Origin: a virus
Virus record (IMG/VR): IMGVR_UViG_3300041583_000284
Span: 1-64,000 of that record
Length of the DNA: 64,000 bases
Direction: 5' to 3' (one strand)
Shown piece by piece: positions 1 through 9,271 of the stretch. Made by a program: the position numbers and the translations under genes. The notes under the pieces are model-generated. The model saw only the letters and a list, made by a program, of their open reading frames with translations. It did no database searches and had not been told where the DNA came from. Each line of letters opens with the position of its first letter. The stretch's first letter is position 1.

Positions 1-44
1 GTTCATCCGCTTGCCCACAGACGAGGAAGAGAACGAGGCCGAAT

Positions 45-257
45 ATGTCCCAAAACGTGCAGCCTACTATTGAGATGCAGGAAGAATACACGAAGATGCG
101 GAAACGGCGGCGGCAACTGCTCCAGAGCGGGGCCCACACCGCGCACCGCAAGCTCCCCCACTTCGTCAAGACCGAGATCGACATGCTCAACGCCAGCCTC
201 AAGAACCTCGAGCGCCGGTACGCGTTCGCACCCTTCGATGAAGGCCCCAGCAAGTGA
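45..257 (+). CDS. hypothetical protein (70 aa)
   Basis: ATG ORF, basic and helical-looking, no motif recognised. Lies between an ORF entering from the left edge and the portal operon. Confidence 0.4.
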   Translation: MSQNVQPTIEMQEEYTKMRKRRRQLLQSGAHTAHRKLPHFVKTEIDMLNASLKNLERRYAFAPFDEGPSK

Positions 258-319
258 CTTCCACCCAAGGGCATTTTGCTGCTATAGTGCGGCCAACACA
301 CACGCTGGAGAGGTAAGCC

Positions 320-796
320 ATGGAGTTTTCAACAGGCGGGGGGATGCCACCCCCACAGGGCATGCCACAGGCGGCACCGCAAGGCATGGGTCTCCCGCAG
401 TTGCTCCCCGGCGCGCAGCAGATGTTCGGGGCACAGCTCTTGAACAGGGTGCAGCCGTCTCCAGAACTGATGGCGGCACCACCGACGGCCCCGCCCGGCA
501 TGCAGATCAACATCAACACTCCGAACTTTGACGCCTTGGCCGCGGCACAGGCTGCCACACGAGACCGGGCGGCCCTCGCTCTGGCGGGGCAGGCACAGGG
601 GCAGTTTGGTAAAGGCGGCGGCTTGGCAGGAAAAGGGTCTGGCGTATCCGGGCTTGTTGGGCAGATGGGTCCGACAGGGCTTTTTCAGGGGGGTGGCCAG
701 CAAGTGGAGGAAAGGTCGCGCCTCAGCGACAACACCCCGTACAACATGCCCGGCGGCCGGCCGGCCCCTGACAACCGCTTCAACGGCATTTATTGA
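320..796 (+). CDS. hypothetical Gly/Pro/Gln/Met-rich protein (158 aa)
   Basis: ATG preceded by GGAGAGG. Low-complexity protein directly upstream of the portal gene. Confidence 0.5.
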   Translation: MEFSTGGGMPPPQGMPQAAPQGMGLPQLLPGAQQMFGAQLLNRVQPSPELMAAPPTAPPGMQININTPNFDALAAAQAATRDRAALALAGQAQGQFGKGGGLAGKGSGVSGLVGQMGPTGLFQGGGQQVEERSRLSDNTPYNMPGGRPAPDNRFNGIY

Positions 797-814
797 GCAC
801 CAGAGGTAAGAAAT

Positions 815-3262
815 ATGGCGATTGAGAAGCCAATGCAGCCGTCAGACTTTCTGGCGCAAGAGGACCTCCACGAGATAGAGGTCGAGGTGCTTGACCCCCT
901 GTCGGTTGTAACCGAGGGGGACGACGGTAGTGTCACAATAGAGTTTGGTGACGAGACTGAGGCTAAGCCCGCCGCCATGGAGCACTCTGCCAACCTCGCT
1001 GAGTTTCTTGACGAGGGTGAGCTGACGACGATCGCCACTGATCTGGTTGAGGGCTTCGAGATGGACCGCCGCAGCCGTAAGGACTGGGCCGAGTCTTACA
1101 TCAAGGGTCTTGAGCTGCTTGGGATGCGGATCGAGGACCGCATGGAGCCGTGGGACGGCGCGTCGGGCGTGTTTCACCCCATGCTGGCCGAGGCTGTGGT
1201 GCGGTTCCAAGCGCAGGCCATGGGCGAGATGATGCCGTCGGGTGGCCCAGCAAAGACCAAGATCATGGGCAAGTCCACCCGGGAGAAGGTCGAGCGGGCC
1301 CAGCGCGTTGAGCAGGAGCTGAACTACCAGATCACCGAGCGCATGCCGGGCTACCGGGAAGAGACCGAGCAGATGTTGTTCAAGCTCCCGCTGGCGGGCT
1401 CTGCGTTCAAGAAAATTTACTTCGACCCCACCACCAAGCGGGCGCGGGCGGTGTTCGTGCAGGCTGAGGACTTCGTTGTGTCCTACGGCGCGTCTGGGCT
1501 GGAGGACTGCCCTCGCTATACCCATGTGATGAAGCGGACCCCCAACGAAGTGCGAAAACTCCAAGTGGCGGGGCTCTACATCGACGAGGATCTCCCAGAG
1601 CCCACGCGGGAGACGACTGACATCGAGGAGGCATACGCCAAGATCACGGGCGTTGATGTCCCAACGGAGCAGGAGGAGCGGCACACTCTGCTCGAGATGC
1701 ACGTGGACATCTCCCTCCCTGCGCCGTTTGACGACCCCGAAGGGATCGATCGGCCGTATGTGGTCACCATTGACCTCACTTCACGCACAGTTCTGGCCAT
1801 CTACCGCAACTGGTACGAGGACGACGAGACGCGGACCAAGCGGCAGCACTTCGCCCACTACCCGTACCTGCCGGGTATGGGGTTTTATGGCACGGGTCTA
1901 ACCCATCTGGTGGGCGGCCTCACGAAGTCTGCCACCTCAATCCTTCGCCAGCTGATCGACGCTGGCACTCTGTCCAACCTACCTGCGGGTTTGAAGTCAA
2001 GATCGTTGCGCATCAAGGGGGACAATAGCCCCCTGAAGCCGGGCGAGTGGCGGGACGTGGACATCGTGGGCGGATCGCTCCGCGACTCGCTGTTTCCCAT
2101 GCCCTACAAGGAGCCCAGCGCTGTCTTGTACCAGCTGCTCGGGAACGTGGTGCAGGAAGGCCGGCGGATCAGCTCCATGGCGGACCTGCAGGTCAGCGAT
2201 ATGAGCGCACAGGCACCGGTGGGGACCACACTGGCCCTCCTCGAGCGCAACATGAAGGTGATGTCGGGCATCCAGCACAGGCTGCATGCCGCGATGAAAC
2301 AAGAGCTCCGCCTGCTTGCTCGGGTCATTCGGGACTTCATGTCCAGCAAATACGACTATTTTGAAGATGATGATTTTGACCGGGCAGAGGACTTCGGGAC
2401 GGGGGTAGACATTATCCCGGTGTCGGACCCCAACGCGGCCACCACAGCGCAGCGCATCATGCAGTATCAGGCTGCACTGCAGCTCTCTACACAGGCTCCG
2501 CAGCTGTACGATATGGGCAAGCTCCACCGGCAGATGCTGGAGGTGCTGGGCATCCAAGACGCAGCGGAGATTATCAAGCTCCCAAGCGAGCTGAAGCCCA
2601 AGGACCCGGTGGCCGAGAACATGGCCATCCTGAAGCAAGAGCCTGTGAAGGCGTTCCTGTATCAGGACCACGAGGCGCACATCGCAGTTCACATGGCTGC
2701 GGCGCAGGACCCCAAGCTCATGCAGATCGTGGGCCAGTCTCCGTTTGCGTCGGCAATCCAGAACGCTATGGCGGCTCACATCACGGAGCACGTGGCTCTA
2801 GCGTACCGCAAGTCGCTGGAAGCGCAGCTGGGCGTACCGCTGCCCGCAGAGGACGAGCCCATGCCCGAGGATGTTGAGCTGGAGCTGTCAAGGCTCGTGG
2901 CTGCGGCGGCGGGTAAACTGTTGCAGAAGAATCAGGCCGAGGCTGCACAGCAGCAGGCCGAGCAGCAGGCCAAGGACCCACTCACCCAGATCCAGCTGAA
3001 GGAGTTGGAGCTCGAGGAAATGGGCATCAAGCTCGACGCGGAGATCAAGACCAAGCGCCTCGAACTCGACGCAATGAAGGCGATCGACGCATCTGCTATC
3101 CAGCGCGAGCGTATCGCGGCCGAGGACAAGCGGGAAGGTGCTAGGCTCGGAGTGCGTGTTGCAGAGGATGCCACCAACGCGACACGGGAAGACAAGGCCA
3201 AGGGGCTCGCCATGGGGATTGACATCGCCAAGCAGCTCGCAGGAAATAGGGGGAAAACCTGA
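815..3262 (+). CDS. portal protein
   Basis: 815-aa ORF with an AGAGG RBS. It is the first large gene after the terminase when the window ends are joined, and is followed by scaffold and capsid genes. Long C-terminal coiled coil (AEAAQQQAEQQAKD...ELEEMGIKLDAEIK) as in podovirus portals. Assignment rests on position, size and memory of portal sequences. Confidence 0.75.
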   Translation: MAIEKPMQPSDFLAQEDLHEIEVEVLDPLSVVTEGDDGSVTIEFGDETEAKPAAMEHSANLAEFLDEGELTTIATDLVEGFEMDRRSRKDWAESYIKGLELLGMRIEDRMEPWDGASGVFHPMLAEAVVRFQAQAMGEMMPSGGPAKTKIMGKSTREKVERAQRVEQELNYQITERMPGYREETEQMLFKLPLAGSAFKKIYFDPTTKRARAVFVQAEDFVVSYGASGLEDCPRYTHVMKRTPNEVRKLQVAGLYIDEDLPEPTRETTDIEEAYAKITGVDVPTEQEERHTLLEMHVDISLPAPFDDPEGIDRPYVVTIDLTSRTVLAIYRNWYEDDETRTKRQHFAHYPYLPGMGFYGTGLTHLVGGLTKSATSILRQLIDAGTLSNLPAGLKSRSLRIKGDNSPLKPGEWRDVDIVGGSLRDSLFPMPYKEPSAVLYQLLGNVVQEGRRISSMADLQVSDMSAQAPVGTTLALLERNMKVMSGIQHRLHAAMKQELRLLARVIRDFMSSKYDYFEDDDFDRAEDFGTGVDIIPVSDPNAATTAQRIMQYQAALQLSTQAPQLYDMGKLHRQMLEVLGIQDAAEIIKLPSELKPKDPVAENMAILKQEPVKAFLYQDHEAHIAVHMAAAQDPKLMQIVGQSPFASAIQNAMAAHITEHVALAYRKSLEAQLGVPLPAEDEPMPEDVELELSRLVAAAAGKLLQKNQAEAAQQQAEQQAKDPLTQIQLKELELEEMGIKLDAEIKTKRLELDAMKAIDASAIQRERIAAEDKREGARLGVRVAEDATNATREDKAKGLAMGIDIAKQLAGNRGKT

Positions 3263-3444
3263 TGGAAACCCTAGAACGCCTCCGGCGGACACTTGCCACC
3301 CAGCGCCAAGACCTCGCGGACCATCTGGCGCTGGGTGGCGCAGCAGACTTCAACGCCTATTCCAAAGCAGTAGGGGCTATTCAGACCCTAGATATGGTGT
3401 TGGGAGAGATTGCCGACATCGAAAAGAAGCAGCTTGAAGAATAA
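3262..3444 (+). CDS. hypothetical protein (60 aa)
   Basis: ATG overlaps the portal stop (TGATG), so it is translationally coupled. Helical, no motif. Confidence 0.45.
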   Translation: METLERLRRTLATQRQDLADHLALGGAADFNAYSKAVGAIQTLDMVLGEIADIEKKQLEE

Positions 3445-3528
3445 ACTGCTCCTCGCTATCATATGACCCCATACCGTGGGACCAGCCCACGCTAGGTAAC
3501 GGCGTACCTTAAACGCTGCGGAGAGACC

Positions 3529-3900
3529 ATGTTTACACCAACCGGCGTCAAGATCGACGAGGAGTTGCGCGCCAAACTCCCGGAACCCAAGGGCTACAAG
3601 CTCCTGATTGCTGTTCCCAAGCTGAACAAGACGACCGAGGGCGGGGTACACCTGCCCGATGAGCGTCGGGACGCAGAAGAAACTGCCTCCATCATTGGAT
3701 ACGTTCTCAGGCTAGGTTCCGATGCCTACGGAGACACGACCAAATTCCCCGGCGGCCCGTGGTGCAAGGAAGGCGACTTCATCATCTTCCGTTCGTACTC
3801 CGGCACGCGCTTCAGAGTGCATGGGGACGAGTTCCGCATCATCAATGATGACACTGTGGAAGCAGTTGTCGAAGACCCACGGGGGTACAGCCGCGCATGA
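3529..3900 (+). CDS. GroES/Cpn10-like co-chaperonin fold protein
   Basis: GGAGAG RBS. The pattern KLLIAVPK..TTEGGVHLPD...IIGYVLRLG....KEGDFIIF..YSG......DEFRIINDDTVEAVV follows the GroES signature (GGI.LP, GD.V.F, mobile loop). Confidence 0.55.
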   Translation: MFTPTGVKIDEELRAKLPEPKGYKLLIAVPKLNKTTEGGVHLPDERRDAEETASIIGYVLRLGSDAYGDTTKFPGGPWCKEGDFIIFRSYSGTRFRVHGDEFRIINDDTVEAVVEDPRGYSRA

Positions 3901-4799
3901 ACGAGAAAGCCAAAAAGCCCGCTGAAGACGACGACTTCGAGATTGAAATTGTCGATGATACGCCTGCGGATGACAAGGGTCGGCCACGCCGCCCGGAAGG
4001 CGCCGCACCGGAAATCCCGGAAGATGATGATCTGGAGCAGTATTCTGATGGCGTGAAGAAGCGCATCAGCAAGCTCAAGTACGAGTTCCACGAGGAGCGC
4101 CGCCGCGCGGACGAGTCCGCCCGGCTGCGGGACGAGGCTGTTTCCTACGCCCAGCGCCAGCAAGAAGAAATCGCTGGGTATCGCAAGCGCCTCTCTGATG
4201 GCGACGCAGCCTTCGTTTCGCAGGCTCAGGGCCGGGTAAAGTCCCAGCTGGAGCAGGTGAAGGCTAAGATGAAAGCCGCCTATGAGGCAGGGGACTCAGA
4301 TGCGTTCGTGTCTGCAAGTGCCGAGCTCGCCGACATCAAGGGCGAAGAAGGACGGCTCGCGTCATACCGGCCACCTCAGCCACAGCAGGCGGCCACCCCG
4401 GCCCCCGCTCCGCAGCGCCCCTCAGTGCCAAAACCGTCGCCCCGGGCAGAATCTTGGGCCACGACAAACGACTGGTTCGGCAAGGACGCGGAGATGACGG
4501 CTCTTGCGTTCGGCGTCCACGAGCGCGCGGTGCGCGAAGGTGTTGCGCCAGACAGTGAAGCGTACTATACTGAGATAGACACCGCTATGCGACAGCGGTT
4601 TCCAGACAAGTTTGCGACCAGCGGGGAGTCAACACCCCGGAAGCAACCGGGTTCCGTGGTGGCCCCCGGCGGTAGAAGTACCGCAGCAACACCTCGCAAG
4701 GTTACGTTGACAGCGACGCAGGTTTCTCTCGCCAAGAAGCTCGGGTTGACGGTAGAACAGTACGCGGCGCAGATTATCAAGGAGATGAAGAATGGCTGA
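3897..4799 (+). CDS. putative scaffolding protein
   Basis: ATGA overlap with the upstream gene. 300 aa, acidic N-terminus, long charged helical region, Pro/Ala-rich linker. Sits between portal and capsid. Confidence 0.55.
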   Translation: MNEKAKKPAEDDDFEIEIVDDTPADDKGRPRRPEGAAPEIPEDDDLEQYSDGVKKRISKLKYEFHEERRRADESARLRDEAVSYAQRQQEEIAGYRKRLSDGDAAFVSQAQGRVKSQLEQVKAKMKAAYEAGDSDAFVSASAELADIKGEEGRLASYRPPQPQQAATPAPAPQRPSVPKPSPRAESWATTNDWFGKDAEMTALAFGVHERAVREGVAPDSEAYYTEIDTAMRQRFPDKFATSGESTPRKQPGSVVAPGGRSTAATPRKVTLTATQVSLAKKLGLTVEQYAAQIIKEMKNG

Positions 4800-5238
4800 T
4801 CGTACCCCCAGAGAGTCGGAGACTCGTGAGGCCGAAGCCCACGACACACCGTGGAAACGCCAGTCTATGCTCCCCACCCCCGAACCGCGTGATGGTCTCC
4901 ATTATCGTTGGGTTCGCACCTCGTCCCTCGGCAATGCTGACATGGCAAACGTCTCACGTCGCTTTCGTGAAGGTTACGTCCCTGTCAAAGCCTCCGAGTA
5001 CCTCGAACTGAAGATCATGTCTGACGTGGACTCTCGGTTCCCGGACAACATTGAGGTTGGTGGTCTGTTGCTCTGCAGCATCCCCGACAAACAGGCGGCC
5101 CGACGTGTTGTCGGTCAGGCCCAGCAGGCGCAAGCCCAGATGGATGCCGTTGACCGGAACTACATGAAGGAGTCCGACTCACGGATGCCCGTGCTCGCGC
5201 CGGAGCGTTCGTCCCGCACTTCGTTTGGCAAGGGATAA
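4792..5238 (+). CDS. hypothetical head-module protein (148 aa)
   Basis: ATG overlaps the scaffold gene end. Positioned in the head morphogenesis block, no motif recognised. Confidence 0.5.
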   Translation: MADRTPRESETREAEAHDTPWKRQSMLPTPEPRDGLHYRWVRTSSLGNADMANVSRRFREGYVPVKASEYLELKIMSDVDSRFPDNIEVGGLLLCSIPDKQAARRVVGQAQQAQAQMDAVDRNYMKESDSRMPVLAPERSSRTSFGKG

Positions 5239-5273
5239 CCTTGCCTCCTCAACACGATTCTGGAGGATGAGAA

Positions 5274-5894
5274 ATGGCACTTACTGCCGCTCCCTATGGC
5301 CTGAAGCCCGTAAAACGCGCTGACGGTATGGCTTATGCTGGGGCTATGTCCCAGTACCTGATCGACCCCGCTGGTGAAGCGACGAACCTGTTTGTAGGGC
5401 AAGTCGTACACATCGGCGCGGACGGCTATCTTGCTTTGACCACCGCAACTGGCGCCGATGGCACCACCAACGCGTTTGCGACTGGCACAACCCTCCGGGG
5501 TTCGCTGGGCGTCTTCATGGGTTGTGAGTATATCAACGCGCAAGGTCAGCTGATCTTCTCGCAGCTTTATCCTTCGGGTTATGCTGCACCGGCGGGCACT
5601 GAGATCAAGGCGCTTGTCGTCGATGATCCGAACGTCCTGTTCCAAGTTCAGCTGGACGGCGTTGCCGATCAGTCGGACATCGGGGCCAACACCTTCTTCG
5701 CCGCTGCCCAGACCACTTCGACTGGCAACGTGGTGACGGGCGTATCCACCTCGGCGCTGGAATCCACCACGGTCACCACGACCGCGGCGTTCCGCATTGT
5801 GTCCGCGGTATCCCCGCTGACCGACGCTTTTCCAGATGTTCTGGTCAAGTTCAACCCCGGCTACCACAGCATGACCAATGCTGTTGGCCTTTAA
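5274..5894 (+). CDS. capsid-associated structural protein (possible decoration protein)
   Basis: GGAGGA RBS. 206 aa, Thr/Ala/Gly-rich and beta-like, immediately upstream of the major capsid gene. Confidence 0.5.
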   Translation: MALTAAPYGLKPVKRADGMAYAGAMSQYLIDPAGEATNLFVGQVVHIGADGYLALTTATGADGTTNAFATGTTLRGSLGVFMGCEYINAQGQLIFSQLYPSGYAAPAGTEIKALVVDDPNVLFQVQLDGVADQSDIGANTFFAAAQTTSTGNVVTGVSTSALESTTVTTTAAFRIVSAVSPLTDAFPDVLVKFNPGYHSMTNAVGL

Positions 5895-5907
5895 GGAGGG
5901 CTAACCC

Positions 5908-6813
5908 ATGGCAATTTCGCGCGCACAGGCCCTCAAAGAGCTTCTTCCCGGATTGAACGCTCTGTTCGGTCTGGAATACAAGAAGTACGAGGACGAGCAT
6001 TCGGAGATCTACGAGACCGAGACATCCGAGCGGTCGTTTGAAGAAGAACTGAAGCTGTCCGGCTTCGGCGCTGCCCCCATCAAGACCGAAGGGGGCGCAC
6101 TGTCCTATGATAACGCGCAGGAGTCCTACACTGCACGTTATGTCCACGAGACCGTGGCTATGGGTTTCGCCATCACTGAAGAAGCGATGGAAGACAACCT
6201 GTATGACTCCTTGTCCAGCCGGTATACCAAGGCGCTCGCTCGTGCCATGGCTTACACCAAGCAGGTCAAGGCCGCGTCGCTGCTGAATACAGGCTTCACG
6301 ACGTTCCGGTCGGGCGACGGGGCTTTCCTGTTCTCGGCAGCACACCCAACTGTATCGGGCGTAGTCAACGCCAACACTCCTTCCGTTGCTGTTGACTTGA
6401 ACGAGACGGCGTTGGAGCAAGCTGTGATCGACATTGCGGGGTACGTGGATGAGCGTGGCCTGCTGATCGCTGCAATGCCACGCAAGCTGATCATCCCACC
6501 GGGCCTCATGTTCGTTGCAACTCGTCTGCTGCAGACTGATTTGCGTGTCGGCACTGCTGACAACGACCTGAACGCCCTGAAGACGAACGGCTCCATCCCT
6601 GAAGGCTACCGTGTCAATCACTATCTGACTGATGCTGATGCGTGGTTCCTTACAACTGACGTGCCGAACGGGATGAAACACTTTGTTCGGGCGGCGATCA
6701 CCACAGCGATGGACGGCGATTTCGACTCAGGAAATGTGCGTTACAAAAGCAGAGAACGTTACAGCTTCGGGGTGAGCGATCCCTTGGGCATCTACGGCTC
6801 CGCAGGAGCTTGA
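5908..6813 (+). CDS. major capsid protein (HK97-fold type)
   Basis: AGGAGGG RBS. 301 aa in the expected position, followed by a strong terminator. The sequence resembles Mu gpT-like major head proteins from memory. Confidence 0.75.
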   Translation: MAISRAQALKELLPGLNALFGLEYKKYEDEHSEIYETETSERSFEEELKLSGFGAAPIKTEGGALSYDNAQESYTARYVHETVAMGFAITEEAMEDNLYDSLSSRYTKALARAMAYTKQVKAASLLNTGFTTFRSGDGAFLFSAAHPTVSGVVNANTPSVAVDLNETALEQAVIDIAGYVDERGLLIAAMPRKLIIPPGLMFVATRLLQTDLRVGTADNDLNALKTNGSIPEGYRVNHYLTDADAWFLTTDVPNGMKHFVRAAITTAMDGDFDSGNVRYKSRERYSFGVSDPLGIYGSAGA

Positions 6814-6842
6814 TAGCAATATCAAGCACTTAGGCTACAGGA

Positions 6843-6869
6843 GGCCCGCTTCGGCGGGCCTTTTCTTTT
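6843..6869 (+). terminator. rho-independent terminator after the capsid gene
   Basis: GGCCCGC-TTCG-GCGGGCC stem-loop followed by TTTTCTTTT. Confidence 0.8.
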
Positions 6870-6935
6870 GTGTTGACCGCAAGTGGTAACTTACCGTATA
6901 AGAGGGAACACCCGCTATAAGAGGTAACCCAGCCT

Positions 6936-8471
6936 ATGAAAACCCTTGAGCAAACGCTTGCCCTGTTCCCCTTACAAATACTGGAAAGGTACGATTTTAG
7001 CAACGCCACCTATAAAGGCGCGTTGGTGCCTATGACAGGTATTGTGTGCCCTACACACGGGACGTTCCAACAATACTCAGCACAGTTTCGCAAAGATGGC
7101 GCGGGGTGCCCTTCCTGCGGGGCCGCCCAGCGAACTTTAACAGTGCGGATGGACCCAGAAGAGTTTCTTAGGCGGGCGGAATTGGCCCATCCGGGAAAAT
7201 ATGACTACTCAAAAACGCGTTACCTCACCATGGTGGAGAAAGTCGTGGTCACCTGTCCAGAGCATGGGGACTTCGAAGTGCGACCCCTTAAGCTGGTGCA
7301 TGGCAAGCAGGGGTGCCGTGCATGTGGGGACCGCAGGAAGGGGCCGACCCCCCAGTCCCACAGAAACGCAGCGGCCACCAAGAAGAAAAAGTTTCAGGCC
7401 CTATTCCCAGAGCGGGCCCGAGAGGTTCACGGGGACCTGTATGATTACTCCCAGCATGGGTACACCACCGGGCGCAACAAGGTGACTATCCTGTGCGGCA
7501 AACACGGGGCTTTCGAGCAGGCCGTGTACCACCACCTAGCAGGGCAGGGGTGCCCTAGTTGCGGGCAGAAATCAGCCCCAGAAGACGCCGTGGCGGCCTA
7601 CCTCTCACAGTTCACAACAGTTGTCCGCCGCGACCGCACGCTGATCGGGCCCAAGGAGCTGGACATTTACCTGCCTGAGCATAACCTAGCTGTCGAGTTC
7701 TGCGGGGTGTACTGGCACAGCCACGGCGACAAGGACGACGAGCGCAAGAACAAGCTGCGCCATGCTGAGAAGCACCGCCTGTGCGAGGCTCAGGGCATCC
7801 GCCTCATAACGCTCTACGAGACAGAGTGGGCAGAACGGACGGCCACGATCAAGCGGATGCTACGCAACGCCGTTGGGAAGACCCGGGGCAGGCTGATGGC
7901 CCGCAAGTGCGAGCTGCGCAAGCCTACAGTGCAGGAGTCCCGAGAGTTCTATGAGAAGTTCCACCCGCAGGGCGGCGGGGGATCTGGAGATCATTATGGC
8001 CTCTATCACAAGGGCAAGCTCGTTGCCTGCATGAGGTTCTCCTTCGGGAACAACGATCGGGGTGCGGGGGCAAAGGTGCGCCAATGGACCTTGAGCCGGT
8101 ACGCAACACGCCTTGCAGTGGCAGGGGCGGCCAGCCGGTTGTTCAAAGCGTTCGTGAAGGAGCATGACCCAAGCGAGGTCAAGTCGTTCTCCGACAACAG
8201 GTTGTTCGGCGGGGGCATGTACGCCCAGCTAGGCTTCGAGAAGGAAGCCGACGTTGTTGCGGACTATCAGGTCTGGAGCCCCAAGCTAGGGTTGCGCCCG
8301 AAACCCCACTATCAGCGGCGAGTCTTGCCGACCCGGTTGAAAGATCACGGGATCCTAGAGGTGTTTGACCCCGCCACAGACAAGCGAACTGAGGGGGAGA
8401 TGACCTACCTCATGGGTGCGCGGCGGATCTTCGATTGCGGCAAGAAAAGATGGGTGTGGCAAAGGCCGTGA
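6936..8471 (+). CDS. endonuclease-like protein: 3x Zn-ribbon repeats + Vsr/DUF559-like nuclease core + GNAT-like C-terminal domain (putative homing endonuclease)
   Basis: Three repeats of C(P/G)xHGxF...GxGC(P/R)xCG. Then ELDIYLPEHNLAVEFCGVYWH (PD-(D/E)XK / Vsr-like). Then ARKCELRKPTVQESREFYEKFHPQG... Flanked by duplicated terminators, with a lower-GC 5' end. Confidence 0.6.
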   Translation: MKTLEQTLALFPLQILERYDFSNATYKGALVPMTGIVCPTHGTFQQYSAQFRKDGAGCPSCGAAQRTLTVRMDPEEFLRRAELAHPGKYDYSKTRYLTMVEKVVVTCPEHGDFEVRPLKLVHGKQGCRACGDRRKGPTPQSHRNAAATKKKKFQALFPERAREVHGDLYDYSQHGYTTGRNKVTILCGKHGAFEQAVYHHLAGQGCPSCGQKSAPEDAVAAYLSQFTTVVRRDRTLIGPKELDIYLPEHNLAVEFCGVYWHSHGDKDDERKNKLRHAEKHRLCEAQGIRLITLYETEWAERTATIKRMLRNAVGKTRGRLMARKCELRKPTVQESREFYEKFHPQGGGGSGDHYGLYHKGKLVACMRFSFGNNDRGAGAKVRQWTLSRYATRLAVAGAASRLFKAFVKEHDPSEVKSFSDNRLFGGGMYAQLGFEKEADVVADYQVWSPKLGLRPKPHYQRRVLPTRLKDHGILEVFDPATDKRTEGEMTYLMGARRIFDCGKKRWVWQRP

Positions 8472-8479
8472 CTACAGAA

Positions 8480-8506
8480 GGCCCGCCGAAGCGGGCCTTT
8501 TCTTTT
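8480..8506 (+). terminator. rho-independent terminator, twin of 6843-6869
   Basis: GGCCCGC-CGAA-GCGGGCC followed by TTTTCTTTT. The stem and tail are identical to the capsid terminator and the loop is its reverse complement. Confidence 0.8.
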
Positions 8507-8585
8507 GTCAAGAGGTAGTGTATCCTTCGGGCTATCCCTGACAGCGTGCATTGTGCCGCTGACCTAACCCTGACAGGAGATTCTC

Positions 8586-8822
8586 ATGGGTACTACAACA
8601 TTTTCGGGCCCCGTCATTTCGACCAACGGTTTGGTCGCTGACGTTATTGGGGCTATCAAGCTCCCCACATACACTGTAGCCTCCGCGCCCTCCGCAGCCA
8701 CCGCTGGTGCAGGCACGCTCATCTATGTGTCCAACGGCGCTGCTGGTGCAGCAATCCTCGCCTTCTCCGACGGCACAAACTGGAAGCGCTCTGATACCGG
8801 CGCAACCATCGCAGCAGCATAA
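8586..8822 (+). CDS. hypothetical virion-module protein (78 aa)
   Basis: AGGAGA RBS. Ala/Gly/Thr-rich small protein. Confidence 0.5.
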   Translation: MGTTTFSGPVISTNGLVADVIGAIKLPTYTVASAPSAATAGAGTLIYVSNGAAGAAILAFSDGTNWKRSDTGATIAAA

Positions 8823-8833
8823 GGGCAGCTCCC

Positions 8834-8959
8834 ATGAAAAAAGCTATTGTTTGGGCGGCTCCGTCCGCTGAGGAACTGGAAGCCCGGGGGGCAACCCCGG
8901 CTCCTGCCGAGGCCCCGAAGCCCGCCCCCAAGAAGGCTGCCAAGAAAGCCAAGGAGTAA
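8834..8959 (+). CDS. small Ala/Pro/Lys-rich protein (41 aa)
   Basis: ATG ORF below the track cutoff. Its 3' end supplies the AAGGAG RBS of the next gene. Confidence 0.35.
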   Translation: MKKAIVWAAPSAEELEARGATPAPAEAPKPAPKKAAKKAKE

Positions 8960-8962
8960 GTC

Positions 8963-9271
8963 ATGGCCCGCAATCAAGAAGTCGTAAACTGCCTGCCAAA
9001 AGTGTGGACGGAGTTGACAAACTCCGACGCTGTGTCGATCACCTTTCAGGTGCAGTCGGGGGCTATCAAGGTGCGGGCCACCACGGGGGCGGCGCCCAGT
9101 TCTTTAGCTGATGGCGGGTACATCTACCACGCACATGCCACTGGCCAGCAGACAGAGGAGGGTGAGCTGCGGATACTCCTCAGCGACCTTACTGCAACAG
9201 CGGGCGCTGATCGGGTGTTTGCTACCCCCATCGACGGGCGCCCCTCGAACGTAATTGTGGACCATGCGTAA
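8963..9271 (+). CDS. hypothetical protein (102 aa)
   Basis: AAGGAG RBS. Its stop overlaps the next start (TAATG). Confidence 0.5.
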   Translation: MARNQEVVNCLPKVWTELTNSDAVSITFQVQSGAIKVRATTGAAPSSLADGGYIYHAHATGQQTEEGELRILLSDLTATAGADRVFATPIDGRPSNVIVDHA

